NCBI RefSeq assembly: GCF_018350175.1
Contig: NC_058368.1
Coordinates: 115,136,001-115,200,000 of the forward strand
Direction: 5' to 3'
DNA from: Felis catus
Lineage: Eukaryota
DNA: 64,000 nt
The stretch's first letter is position 1, and every line of letters begins with the position of its first letter. The notes beneath the pieces are model-generated. The model searched no databases, was not told where the DNA came from, and worked only from the letters and a program-made list of their open reading frames with translations. The translations under genes were made by a program, and so were the position numbers. Positions 13,057 to 26,200 of this stretch are shown one piece after another.

Positions 13057-13869
13057 TGAGAAGGTCCCATTTTTAAGTGGAGCAATTTATAGCTACAGGT
13101 GAACAATAGCTGACATAATAAAATAAAGCATCAAGACATTTATGGTAATAGAGGTATAAAGGGATCAGATTCAACAACAAAAGCCCAAATCTGTTTGGCC
13201 AGACAGAGTTTTTCCACAAAGCAAGGGATTCTGGGAAGGACTGATTCATTTAAATCTAAGGTACCAATATACATAATAGAATTGGTGCCCTTCCACCTAA
13301 AAAATCAAGTAAAAAAATTTCAAATGATAGTATTGGCACAATATTTGACAGTATTATTTTTATAAATAGCAAAAGCACCATAAAACCTGGGTTTAAAGAC
13401 TGATAAACAAAAAGGATGATGCCATCTGTAGCCAGGAGCCTGAGATATGTCAGAAACTCCCCAACCTACTTCAAGTCAATTTATTTGCCAGTCCCAAGGG
13501 CACTGACAATAAACTGAGTCAATCTAGACAGGCTCCAAATGAAAGCAGGAGAAAAATCCTAGGACCCAGCACCTCAGTGAAGAAGCCAATAACCTACACT
13601 CCACAGAAGTGAAAAAGGAGTGTGGCAATTCTATCTTCAAACTGGCAGCTGACTTAAAACAGCTGGGACAGGGATCCTACATTTGGGTACTGGTATTAGA
13701 ATCTTCTCTTGTTAGGGGAAAGGATTCTTTTCAGTTGGCAAAAACAGCAACTTAAAACTTAATCTCTTGCTTTTAAGTTAAAAAAAAAGAATATTTTCTT
13801 AATATTCATAGTTTTCTACACAAACTTTATAATGTGAAAGAATACCATTAAAAGAGAACAAAGAGAAGA

Positions 13870-14051
13870 GGGGTGCCTGGGTGGCTCGGTCAGTTAAGCG
13901 TTCAACTTCGGCCCACTTTGGCTCAGATCATGATCTTGACACTTGTGAGTTCGAGCCCCACATCAGGCTCTGGGATACACGCTGAGACCTGGGAGCCTGG
14001 AGCCTGCTTAGGATTCTGTGTCTCCCTGCCTCTCTGCCCTTCCCCCACTCA

Positions 14052-14115
<64 letters not shown>

Positions 14116-14140
14116 CTCAAACATAAGTTTTAAAAAAAAA
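13870..14140 (+). mobile_element. CanSINE with long (CT)n
   Basis: ggggtgcctgggtggctcgg head; (CT)n at about 14055-14112. Confidence 0.92.
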
Positions 14141-14143
14141 TTT

Positions 14144-14365
14144 AGGGGCTCCTGGGTGGCTGAGTCAGTTAAGCATCCAACTTCAGCTCAGGTCATGACC
14201 TTACACCTCATGAGTTAAAGCCCCACATCAGGCTCTGTGCTAACAGCTCAGAGCCTGGAGCCTGCTTCAGATTCTGGGTCTCATTCTCTCTCTGCCTGTC
14301 CCCCATTGTGCTCTCTCTGTCCTTCAAAAATAAATAAACATTAAAAAAATTTTAATTAAAAAAAA
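14144..14365 (+). mobile_element. CanSINE in tandem with the preceding copy
   Basis: ggggctcctgggtggctgagtc head directly after the A-tail of the previous SINE. Confidence 0.92.
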
Positions 14366-15719
14366 GAGAACAAGAGAAGAGATGGGGTACAGTGGGTCTT
14401 CCACCCACAGAGAAGACATGGAACAGGGGCTGACTGCTTGTTACTGTCAGGCCCATATGGGGTCCATGGTGAAGGGATGGTGAGTGGGAATGAGCCCAAC
14501 CCCTGGCCACAGGAAGGTCAATCCTGCTCCAGGCACCGAGGCACACAATGCTCACCTCTGCTGGCCTCAGCTTCACCAGTTAAGGGGATTTGCTTTTCCT
14601 CACCCTCCCAAACCCAGTTAATATATCTGTGGTGGAATGAAATTTTACCTGTCACCTTCCTACGCCCACTGCTGCTATTACTGCCATCCTGCTACTCATC
14701 TTCTCATACCATATACACTCTCCATGCGGGTAGATGTGACTTCACTAAGATGAGTGAAGACATGGAGACTTGGTCTGCATGTTAACACATCCTAATTAGG
14801 TCCTCCTTGACACCAAAAAAAAGAAAAAAAAAAAGAAAAAGAAAAAGGCTGATTTGTCTCAGAACTGCTTAACTCAAAAGGATCTGAGGGACCTAAGGCT
14901 TCCTCCACTTAAGATAGAAGCTGTCAATAACCTGATGCTGCCCCTCCAAGATATGCCAGGATTCTGGGCCAGCAGCAGAGATGCAAACAAAGAAAAAGAG
15001 AATTATGAGGGTAAAAGGAAGAGAGAACTTGCAAAGGTCTCCAAAGTAGCCACTGGAGGAGCTTCTTTGAAGGAGAGGACTCAAATGGAAATATAAAAAC
15101 TAATTTGTGACATTCTCTGGCTATCACATGAGTTCACAATCTATCTAAAGAGTAAGATTTCTTGCTGGTATAAGCCTGTACCCACAAGCCCTCCCAGACA
15201 CTAGGGGCATAACCAAGGGACTGCAATTCTGCCTCTTTCTCCTTCTCACTCCCTTAGTTTGTACACAAATTTAAAACTGGAGGAAATGTCAGCCATCCTC
15301 TTGTTTCCCACACCTCCCCACCCCAGCCCCACCACCTTATTGTACATTTAAGGAACCTGAGGCCTGGAATAAGGAATACATTTGCTATGAGGCCTAGAAA
15401 GAGGGAATACATCTGTTACATGTTCAAAGGACAAGGATCAAGACTTCCTTCCCAGCCCGGCTCCTCCGTCCTTTAAGCTTTTGTCTAATCCAAGTGTAAG
15501 TAAGGAGGTCTGGGTTTTAATCTCTATTCTCCTCACTCTTGTCTGTGATAAAGAAGAGTGCAACTATCTCTGCCATGTGCCTCAATTTGTTGAGGCCCAA
15601 ACATGTAATGTGAAGTTGGATCCTAAATAATCAAATGCTCCCAGTACTGGTATTTTTAAAAAATAGTCCAATAAGGATTACTTATTTGGCATTAACTGCA
15701 CTTTATTTTACAATATTAT

Positions 15720-15932
15720 GGGGCGCCTGGGTGGCTCAATCAGTTGAGCATCCGACTTCGGCTCAGGTCAGGATCTCACAGTGAGTTCGAACCCCGTGTC
15801 GGGCTCTGTGCTGACAGCTCGGAGCCTGGAGCCTGCCTCGGATTCTGTGTCTCCCCCTCTCTCTGCCCCTCCCCTGCTTATGCTCAGTCTCTATCTCTCA
15901 ATAATGAATAAACTTAAAAAAATTTTTTTAAA
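15720..15932 (+). mobile_element. CanSINE
   Basis: Full head to tail; TSD ttattttacaatattat. Confidence 0.93.
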
Positions 15933-16051
15933 TTATTTTACAATATTATTATCATTACCCCATGTTTATTTTAAGAGCTTGTGGAAGAAGTGACTCCCTT
16001 CAAGGTCATCCTGTAGGCTTATACTAACTCCCTGGGAAGAATATCACATAC

Positions 16052-16151
16052 CTTGTCTTCCTTTGAACTCTCCACTTCTGTCCCCTCCTTGAATTTTGCC
16101 AGTGCACTCTTGAGGTCCTGAGATGTGTAGGTGTTGGCGTTTATGTCCAGC
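16052..16151 (-). CDS. SIL1: SIL1 internal coding exon (probable exon 5), 100 nt, phase 2-0
   Basis: cttctttttggacag|G CTG GAC ATA...GAA GAC AAG|gtatgt; translates (R)[33 protein letters not shown]; frame joins both neighbouring exons. Confidence 0.96.
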
Positions 16152-17282
16152 CTGTCCAAAAAGAAGGTGAAAGTTAGAAAGGAGGCACCATTTTTCCCAA
16201 GAAAGAAACTTCACTAGGTGGCTGGTACTCCCAAACACGGTAAGCCATGGCCAGCTCGAACTCAGAGTGCATTACCCTAGCTTTGCCTTCGGTCAGCCAC
16301 AAGTCTAAGAGGTAATCTTACCTTAAAGCTAGAAGAAGAAATACAAAGCTGAAGAAGGGGTCATTTTATTAAAGAGGATGAAATGGCATGGGGCAGACAA
16401 AGGCCCACCATGGACAGACCACTCTCAGCCAGCTACTTAGGCAGAAATAAGTCTGGAATGTCTGTGCAGCGCTGTTCTGTCAGCATGTGCCAGGGCTGGA
16501 CCTCCTGGAGGGTAGTGGGCACAGATAAGGGTAATAACATGCACCCAATTTATATTCTTCTAATAAACAGATCAATGGGGACCTGAGCCCCCCCTGCATG
16601 TCTGGTCTGATTTTACAAGGCAGCCTTTCTTCACAAAAACAGTTTAGATAAATTCACACCTTTAAAACCAACTCCTGGGCCCAGAGTTGATGCAGGATGT
16701 ATGTGCCAACCTGACAAAGGAATGGATTTGAAATACCAAGGACTAGAAGCAAAGCCAACCGTGTTCCACAGTCAGCCTCTAAGGAGAGGGAGGAAAGGAA
16801 CCAATGTGGATGTAATCTCAGGAACCTGGCAAAGACTAGAGTGGCATCCTCCCAAAACCCCCTGGAGCTGATTGAAGCCACAACCATTCTTCTTAATTGG
16901 AGAGGAGGCATTCATGCGTTGAGGGGTGGGCTTTACCACCAACAATAATTTTAGGTCAGTGAACAGAGAGATCAGACCAAGAGTGACATGGACAAAGGGA
17001 AGTGTGGAATGTAGTGTCTGTGCTTGACAAGACGGTTGGGGAGAGAGGGGTTAAGGATAACCCGGGAGATTACAAAGATGAGGAAGTAAGGGGTTACTGG
17101 ACTACTCTGGGCAAGATAAGCACATCAGTCTAACAGTCAAGATCCTAGCAGACCTCAGCTCTCATTAGAGGCATGTGCTTAGGGCTTTGCTCATTTCTCA
17201 TTTCATCTTTGATTCATCTTAGAAACCCCCTAGAACTCTGAGAAAAACACTTGCCTTCTCTAAACCTCAATCCTCATAAACT

Positions 17283-17395
17283 AATAATTGCTAATCACCC
17301 CCATTTACTGAGCACTTAAGCATGTGTCAGTCACTATTTTAATCCTTTAGAAGTAATATTTCATTCAAATGATTACCACAATCCTACAAGGTAGG
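17283..17395 (-). mobile_element. MIR fragment
   Basis: catttactgagcactta...cacaatcctacaaggtagg. Confidence 0.6.
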
Positions 17396-17689
17396 GAAGA
17401 GAATCCCTCTCCCAGAAAAGCATCACCCACAGCCAGCAGCATGTAGATGCCACTGCCCTGCTCTTTACCCCTAAGAGAGAGGTAAGTATTTAGGGGCACA
17501 GCTTGAACAGATTATCACCTCCCTCCTCTAATACTTGGTCTGGACAAATCCCATCATGTCTCATATCTCCATTTATTGCCTTAAATGCCACTCTTCCAGG
17601 CCACTCACCATCACTCATTTTAGCCCCTACTACACACACACAAGTGTGCACATGTGTGTCTGCACACACAGACAGAAAACCATCTTCAG

Positions 17690-19478
17690 CTGGTATTTTC
17701 ACTTCATTCTTCACTGAGAAAAATAGATGTTATCATCAAGAACTCCTTCATATTCCCCTCATGAGCTCTATACACTAACCTGCACCAAATCTAGATTCTC
17801 TGCTTTCTCTTCTAAGACCATGAATGACAGTGAACCTGCTCCTATTAAACTTAAGTTCCAGATCCCACTTTCCTTTGCAAAAGCTTTAACCCCCATCATT
17901 ATACTGTTCCCTCCTGTCTGCATCATCAATTTCTCCCTTTGGTTGGATTATTCCCTTGAGTATATGAACACTCTTCTAACTAACTATGATCTCTAATTAT
18001 CAAACCATTCCCCTGATTTCCTTCAGAGTAAAACTTTATGAACAAATTGTCTTAACTCACTCTTCTCATCTTCATGACTGCTATTTACACTGCCATTTGC
18101 TCTAATCCAGATCCCTTTACCGTTCCCTACTAATACTTCTCATCAAAATTACTAATAATTAACAACTGGATCCAATGGACTCTTCACTAATGTCATGTTC
18201 CTCAACCACTCAGCATCATTTACATAGTTCACCTCTCCCTCCTTGAAACACTCTTCTTTCTGGCTTCTTGTTACCACACTCTGCTGTTTCTTCCCCTTCC
18301 TCCCTCCTTCCCTAACTCTTGTGCTGGTTCCTCATCTCCTACCTGAACCCTATATACTGGAATGCCTTGGAGTTCAATCCTAGACAATCTTCTCTACCTC
18401 TGCACTCTCCCCTAGTTCTTTATCCTTTAGGCAATGATGCCCAAACTTACATCTTTGACCCAATCCTCTCCCATGAGTGACAGCCAGGCTCTTGTATAAC
18501 TAACTGATAAATCTTAGATCTGGGATGTTTATCAGGCACCTCAAACTTATTACATCTAAAACATGGGTCTTGATGTTTCTCCCCATAAATCTGTTCCTCT
18601 CCCAATCTTTTCTATTTCAATAAATGGTACTTCTGAGCACCTAGTTGTGTCAAATCACAAAATGAGGCTTTATCTCAGATTCCACCACACCACCTTCCAT
18701 CAACCCCAAAATCTAAATCTAAAGCAAGTCCTATTGGCACTACCCTCAAATTAAACCTCCAAACCCATCCGCTCTCCATCATGACACTCTAGACTCATTC
18801 ACCAGTATGTCTACCTGATCTTCAGAAATGACATCCTAATTGTCTCTGCAATTCTTTTGTCCATTCTGAATCTATCCCTCATACACACAGCAAGTAGAGT
18901 GATCTTGCCAAAATTACATTAAACCACTCTCCCACCCCAAATCCTCCACTGGCTTTCTATCACAATTCTAGTTAAATGAAGACTAGTCAACATGCATCTC
19001 AAAACTCCACATGATCTGGCTCCTCTTATCTCTCCCAAATCACCTATTAGTCTTCTTCCTTCGCCTACTCTCTAGTCACCCTAATCACTTTCTTGTTTCT
19101 CAACTTCGTAAAGTCTTTCCTTGACAAAGCTAGGGACTCTTCTTGTTGCCTCTGCCTGAGATCCTCTAACCTTAAATGTATAAAATTAACTCTTTATATG
19201 ACAAAATCCCCATCATTCTTCAGGTCTAAGCTCAAGTATCACTTTAATGAGGTCTTCCAAACCATCCTACCTAAACTGGCCTTCCCAAGGGACTGACTGA
19301 CTTGTTTATTTCTTCCCTACTATTTACCACTATCTGTAATTACTTTATGTGCCTTTTTATTTTTCAGTTTATCTTCCTGCCATGTCCATAAGGCTGGTAT
19401 CCTGTTTTGTTTAGTACTATATCTCCAATACCTAGCACATAGGCACTGAATAAGTCTTTTGTGAAATGAATGAATGGA
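17690..19478 (+). mobile_element. L2 LINE, about 1.8 kb decayed 3' portion
   Basis: ctccttgaaacactct, aggcacctcaaactta and terminal aggcactgaataagt...gaatgaatg L2 motifs. Confidence 0.72.
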
Positions 19479-20851
19479 GCAAGGAAATGGCCCTGTCTTT
19501 GGGCCACATCCTTAACTACAATGTCATACTGTACCATGGTAGATACTCAACCCAAGATGGGACAACCTGGATATACTCTGTCGGTCATCACTACAAAGAC
19601 GACAGTTGCTCCAGGGCAAAAAAAGAGATACAATGTTGAGATACTGACATGGGATATGGACTAAAACCAGTGGAGATAACAATGCCTAACACATAAATAG
19701 CAAGAGAACACCCTGCTGCTAGGAACCAAATATACCATGAAGTCAGGCAGTGCCAAGAGAGGCCTCTGAAAGAAGTCAGAGTCAATGCCTTGTCCCAGGC
19801 TTTACAGTCCAGAGGCATTACAGCTCTAGGTAGCAGGATGTCTAGTCACACAGCCAGCAGGACTAGTGGACAGATTGCCATGGATTAGTCTGAAAGGACT
19901 ATCCCCATCTTTCCTTAGCCAGTGATACCTAAAACTCTGTGATCACCAACATCTTTGACAATCTGATGGAAACCTGTGGGTGTTGTCCATCTTGTTCCCC
20001 AAATCAGAATAACCAGATATGCAAAATACTGTACCAACTGCAGAAATTAGCCCTGCACTTTGGCTTCTGTTCCTGTTCTAGTACCTAAGAGCCAGGAAGA
20101 TACTGTGAAATGAATCAGGAGGAGCCTGAGGTGAGGTCCACCACAGGAAGAAGTCACCACCAAAGGCAGCCAGAGACTCACTGAGCTCAAGCAGTGAAAC
20201 CTACACCACCTTGTCAATGCCTTTGGGTTGCTGTTCAGACAGGTTTGCCACTAGTAACAAATGCTGAGAAGGAAGAAGGTATGTCCAATATACCCTGGAG
20301 ACCACTCCAGAGCAGAACCCTCAGAAACATTTCAAAGGAGAAAAGTAAAGAGGGAAGAGTGAGGACAAATATCTCTGTTTTATGGTGTATCTATTACAGA
20401 CCACGTGAATGACTCTGCTTTCTATTCTAAAAAGACAGGAGCAACTGATAAAGCATTAAGTGTTCCCAGTAAAGACCTACGATCAGATACTGGAAAAATA
20501 ACTTCCCACAGTATTAAAACCAACAAACAAATATTCCAAATTAGTCAAGATCCTAATTCAATATCCTTAAACCAAGAATAAAGTAAGCTTTTTATTTAGA
20601 AAATGAGACTTGGCATAGATGTGAGGAAAGGCTTCCTGAAGTTCTCTGACACACTGAAATATGTGCATATATGTGTGCTAGGGAATGAGGGGGGTTGGCA
20701 GGGGTTACAACAATGAAATTTGATTATTTGATGGCTGTGAGAAATGAATTATCATATGGCCTTCAGATATAGGCCTATCAAGAGAGATGGGGGGGGGGGG
20801 AATAAAGATCCTTCTCAGTTTGGAGTGACGGTAAAGAGGTCAAATATCTTT

Positions 20852-21025
20852 CTTTTTTTTTTTTAAGTTTATTTATTTTGAGTGAGGGGGGGGGAGAGAG
20901 AGAGAATCCCAAGCAGGCTCTGCATCGGCAGCATGGAGCCCAACACGGGGCTGGATCCCATGAACTGTGAGATCATGAGCAGAGCCAAAACCGAGAGTCG
21001 AATGCTCCAACAACTGGGCCACCCC
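20852..21025 (-). mobile_element. CanSINE
   Basis: Reverse SINE body (gagagaatcccaagcaggctc...gggccaccc). Confidence 0.88.
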
Positions 21026-21325
21026 TGAGGACAAATATTTTCATATATTATTACAATGTAGTCAAATTTTCTAACAGTAAAAACTGCCCAAATTGGAACA
21101 GGCTGCTCTGTGGGATTGTGGGTGCCACATAACCGAAAGTGCATATAGACAGGCTAAATAACCTTTTGTTGAGTACATCAAGGAAAACACTCAGGTAAAT
21201 AGTCTCTAAACTCCCTTTCTACCTTATATATAACTGCAAAATATTGTTAAAATAATGAAAATTCAAGGATTAACATTAGCCTTGCTCAATCCATTATTTG
21301 TTATCGATACTTACATGTATTAGAA

Positions 21326-21635
21326 CAGGGGCAGCAAACTCTGTTATGACCCCATAATATTTTAGGCTTTGTGGGCCTTACTGACAGCAACTGTCCCAAC
21401 TACTCAACCCTGCCAGATGAGCAGAAAAGTGGCCATAGATCATACATAAATGAATAAGCATAGCTGTGTTCCAATAAAACTTTACTTATGGACATTAAAA
21501 TCTCTAAGAGTCATGAAATATCATTCTTTTACTTTTTCATCCATTAAAAAATGATAAAAACAACTTAACCTGTAGGCTGTACAAAGACATGTAGCAGTAC
21601 CAATATGGCCCACAGATCACAATTTGCTGTCCCTG
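21326..21635 (+). mobile_element. MER58B-like hAT-Charlie element
   Basis: TIRs caggggcagcaaac / tttgctgtccctg with an 8-bp TSD tattagaa/tcttagaa, the hAT-type TSD length. Confidence 0.82.
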
Positions 21636-22334
21636 TCTTAGAAACCTCATAACTGGTATTTATAACTGTTGAAATTACCCAATTCTAGCAGCCCCTGTAA
21701 CCCCATGCCTCCTCCTCCTTCCTCATGTAAAAAAGAACATGCAAATAAAACTTGTTATTTCAAGGCAAAGAACAGAAAAACAGGGACAAATTGTCCAAAA
21801 TCAAATAATCTTATCTGGTTATTAAAAGTAAGGCAATCTCTTAACATTGGAGAACTTTTATACTATAAGAAAGCCTGTTTTAATATGGACTAACAAGAGG
21901 AAAAGTTAGTCTGAATTAAAGACTTTAAAATGCAATTTTATTGTTCACCAAGGAAGTATTACTGCAAAGCAGAAGGCCTAACAGGGCTGTTTTAATGAAT
22001 AGATGACTCATCTGTAATCAGCGCATTAATTGTTGGGATTCAAATGGGTGCTCTTAAAGTACTGGGAAAAATAGCTTCATTTTTAAAGCAGGTTAAGCAT
22101 TCCCCCTACAGCCTTTTCTAAAGTATCAATTTGCTTTGCAAACTATTTCTTTCCAAAGATCTACAAGTAAACTTCCACAAAACCCTGACAGATTTATCAC
22201 AAATTCTACGCTACGAAATTTCAAAATTTTTTAAAAGCCACATGAATTTGGGTAAAAAACATTACATTGTCATTACTTGCAGTATTACAAAATCAGTGCT
22301 GTCCGCCTCCCAGTCCCTAGGGTTGTTACTATAC

Positions 22335-22455
22335 CTTTTGCCTTTTTTCAATGCTTTCAAATTACTTTGGAACTTGTCCTCTTCTTGGAGTTTCACTTCT
22401 CTTGCCCCCGTCTGGAGATTCAGCCGTACATGGGATCCTACAGGGACAGCCTGAC
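22335..22455 (-). CDS. SIL1: SIL1 internal coding exon (probable exon 4), 121 nt, phase 1-2
   Basis: ttcttggtttttag|GT CAG GCT...GGC AAA AG|gtatag; translates (G)[39 protein letters not shown](R), containing the SIL1 N-terminal motif [11 protein letters not shown]. Confidence 0.96.
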
Positions 22456-22741
22456 CTAAAAACCAAGAACAAAGAGGGCTCGTAAGGTATATGGTCCTTG
22501 AAGGGACACTGCAATGGAAAGGCTGGCTAACAAGCCAACAGGATTTATTAATTCATGAAGACCAGACCCTGCTGTGTTCCATTACCTGAATCCATCCATC
22601 TAACACACATATACCACACACATATCAAATTAAGGTAATGAGGCAAATGGGCAAGGGCTTCTATACTTCAAAGCAAAGACCGAAGACCCCAGTTAGAACC
22701 TACATCTTTAAGCTAATCTGTTTTCTTTAAACTGAGCTACA

Positions 22742-22961
22742 GGGGCGCCTGGGTGGCGCAGTCGGTTAAGCGTCCGACTTCAGCCAGGTCACGATCTCGC
22801 GGTCCGTGAGTTCAAGCCCTGCATCAGGCTCTGGGCTGATGGCTCAGAGCCTGGAGCCTGTTTCCAATTCTGTGTCTCCCTCTCTCTCTGCCCCTCCCCC
22901 ATTCATGCTCTGTCTCTCTCTGTCCCAAAAATAAAATAAAAAACGTTGAAAAAAAATTTTT
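22742..22961 (+). mobile_element. Young SINEC_Fc-type CanSINE
   Basis: ggggcgcctgggtggcgcagtcggttaagcgtccgacttcagccaggtcacgatctcgcgg head with CpGs retained; TSD aaactgagcta. Confidence 0.95.
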
Positions 22962-23514
22962 GAAACTGAGCTATAATAAGCCTTTTTGTTATGGGCAGGT
23001 GAATGGTAAATACCTAAACACCCTTAAGGATATGGCCACATCACTGCATCTTCCAAGACATCCTCCTTACCTCTCCCCTGACAGTCCCAGAAAACTCCAG
23101 CGAGCTTGCTGTTCCAGCAAGCTTACACCTCACCATCCTGCTCTCTTTATAATCAGGCTCCTTCTATAAGGCTCTCTCCTTGATGAGCACAGGGACTATA
23201 CCTCCTATTTTATTTCCCAAGACCCTAGACCAGGGCTTCATTGGAAGGCAGGAAGACAGAGCAAGTCAAGGAGGTAAGGACTGGAATCAAAAGAAACTAA
23301 AAACCTATGCCCACCCATCTCAGGAGAGTTGATCCACTACCTGAAAAAACAATACGAATGGACGGGCTACTCATACACATTGTACAAAATTACTCAAAGA
23401 TAGGTGAAAAGGAGATAAAGGCACTACAAAAAAGAGAACTACAGGCCAATATCTGATGGACACAAATGCAAACATTTTTTGTTTTGTTTTAAAGGTGGAG
23501 TTCAGGAATCTACA

Positions 23515-23718
23515 TTTAAAAAAAATTTTTTTTAGACAGAGTGAGAATGAGAACACGCTAGCAGGGGAGAGGGGCAAAAGAAGAGAGACAAAGAATCATA
23601 AGCAGGCTCCACACTCAGTGTGGAGTCTGACACAAGGCTCAATCCCACAACCCTGGGATCATGACCAGAGCTGAAATCAAGTTGGACGCTCAACCTACTG
23701 AGCCACCCAGGCACCCCC
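23515..23718 (-). mobile_element. CanSINE within L1
   Basis: Reverse SINE ending gccacccaggcacccc. Confidence 0.9.
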
Positions 23719-23760
23719 AAAAATTTTTCACAAAATATTAGCAAACCAAATCCAACAATA

Positions 23761-23789
23761 TTTTTTTAATTTTTTTAAAGTTTATTTAT

Positions 23790-23842
<53 letters not shown>

Positions 23843-23958
23843 GATATAGCTGTCAGCGCAGAGCCTGATGCAGGGCTAGAACCCATGAACCATGAGACCA
23901 TAGCCAGAGCCAAAATCAAGAGTCAGACGCTTAAATGACTGAGCCACCGAGGCACCAC
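23761..23958 (-). mobile_element. CanSINE within L1 with (GA)n
   Basis: TSD aaatccaacaata. Confidence 0.9.
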
Positions 23959-25980
23959 GAAATCCAACAATACATTAAAAAAATCATTCACCATGATCAA
24001 GTGTGATTTATTCCTGGGATACAAGGGTGACTTCATATTTGCAAATCAATCAACATGATATGTCACATCAACAAAAGAAAGCATAAAAACCATATACTCA
24101 TTTAAGAGATGCAAAAAAACCTTGACAAAGCAAAACATCCATTCATGATAAAAACACTCAACAAAGTAGGTTTAGGAGAACATACCTTAGCATAATAAAT
24201 GCCATCTATGAAAAACCCATAGAGAGCATCATACTCAACGGGAAAAACCTGAGAGCTTTTCTCCTAAGATCAGGAACAAGACAAGAATATCCACGCTTGC
24301 CACTTTTATTCAACATCGTACTGGAAGTCCGAGCCACAGCAATTAGATAAGAAAAAGAAAAAAAAGGCATCCAAATCAGTAAAGAAGAAGTAAAATTTCT
24401 ATTTGCAGATGACATGATACTATATACAGAAAACCCTAAAGACTACACCAAAAAATGACTAGAAATGATAAACGAATTCAGTGAAGTCATAGGATACAAA
24501 ATCAATATATAGAAATCTGATGTACTTCTATACTAATACTATATATTAGTATATATACTATATACTAATAATGAAGTAGCAGAAAGAGAAATTAAGAAAA
24601 CATTCCCATTCACAATTATACAAAAAAATAATAAAAATATCTAGGAATAAATTTAACCAAAGGGGTGAAAGACCTATACTCTAAGAACTGTAATACATAA
24701 ATGCAAAGATACTCGAGTCATGGTCATAGATTGTGAGAACAAATATTATTAAACTGCATACTACTCAAAGCCATTTACACATTTACTACAATCCCTAACA
24801 AAACACCAACAGTATTTTTCACAGAACTACAATAAATAATCCTAAAATTTGTATGGAACCACAAAGACTCCAAATAGCCAAGGCAATCCTGAAAAATAAG
24901 AACAAAACTGGATGTACCATAATACCAGATTTCAAGATCTACTACAAAACTGTAGTAATCAAAACAGTATAGTACCAGCACAAAATAAGACACATAGATT
25001 AATGGAATAGAATAGTGAGTTCAGAGATAAACCTACAAATACATGTTCAATTAATCTACAACAAAGGAGTAAAAAAAAAAAAAATGCAATGGCAAAAAAA
25101 AAAAAAAGCCTCTTCAACAAAAGGTGATGTGAATACTGGACAGCTGCAAGTAAGAGAATGAAACTGGACACTTTCTTACACCATACACAGAAATGAATTC
25201 AAAATGAATTAAGGACCTAAGTGTGAGACCTGAAACCATAAAAATCCTAGAAGAAAGCACAGGCAGCAATTTTCTGACATCGACTATAGCAACATTTTTC
25301 TAGATATGTCTCCTGAGGCAAGGGAAACAGAAGTAAATTATTGGGATTACATCAAAATAAAAAGCTTCTGCACAATGAAGGAAACCATCAACAAAACAAA
25401 ATGACAACCTACTGAATGGGAGAAGGTATCTGCAAGTGATACATCTGATAAGATGTTAGTATCCAAAATATATAAAGATCTTATACAACCCAACACCAAA
25501 AAACCAATCCAAATGAAAAATGGGCAGAAGTCATGAACAGACATTTCACGAAAGAAGACATACAGACGGCCAAAAGAATCATGAAAAGATGCTCAACATC
25601 ACTCATCATCAGGGAGATGCAAATCAAAACCACAATGAGACATCACCTCACACCTGTCAAAATGGCTAAATCAAAAACACAAGAAACAACTATTGGTAAG
25701 GATACGGAGAAAAATGCACCTCATACCCTACTAGTGGAAATGCAAAGTGGTAACCCCTGCACCAAGAGAAAACAGTACGGAGGTTTCTCAAAAATTAACA
25801 ATAGAATTACCATATAATACAAAAATTCCACTATTGGGTATTTCCACAAAGAATACAAAAACCCTAATTTGAAAAGACATATGCATCCCTATGTTTACTG
25901 CAGCATTATTTACAATAGCCAAAATATGAAAGTAATCTGAGTGTCTACCAACAGATGAATGGATAAAAAAGATGCGGTAT

Positions 25981-26200
25981 AGAGGCGCCTGGGTGGCTCA
26001 GTAAGTAAAGTGTCTGACTTCAGGTCAGATCATGATGTCACAGTTTTTGAGTTCGAGCCCTGCATCAGGCTCCCTGCTAACCGCGAGGAGACTGCTTGGG
26101 ATTCCCTCTTTCCCTCTCTCTCTGCCCCTCCCCCACTCATTCTCCCTCTCTCCTTCTCTCCCACCCCTCAAAAACAAACAAACATGAAAAAAAAACTTTA
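25981..26200 (+). mobile_element. CanSINE within L1 3' region
   Basis: ggcgcctgggtggctcag head and A-tail. Confidence 0.9.

Noticed and set aside
16044..16238. 64-aa minus-strand ORF overlapping a SIL1 exon
   Set aside because: Wrong frame; the splice-defined frame gives the SIL1 peptide.
22131..22459. Plus-strand ORFs of 107 and 60 aa
   Set aside because: Antisense shadows of the real SIL1 exon on the minus strand.
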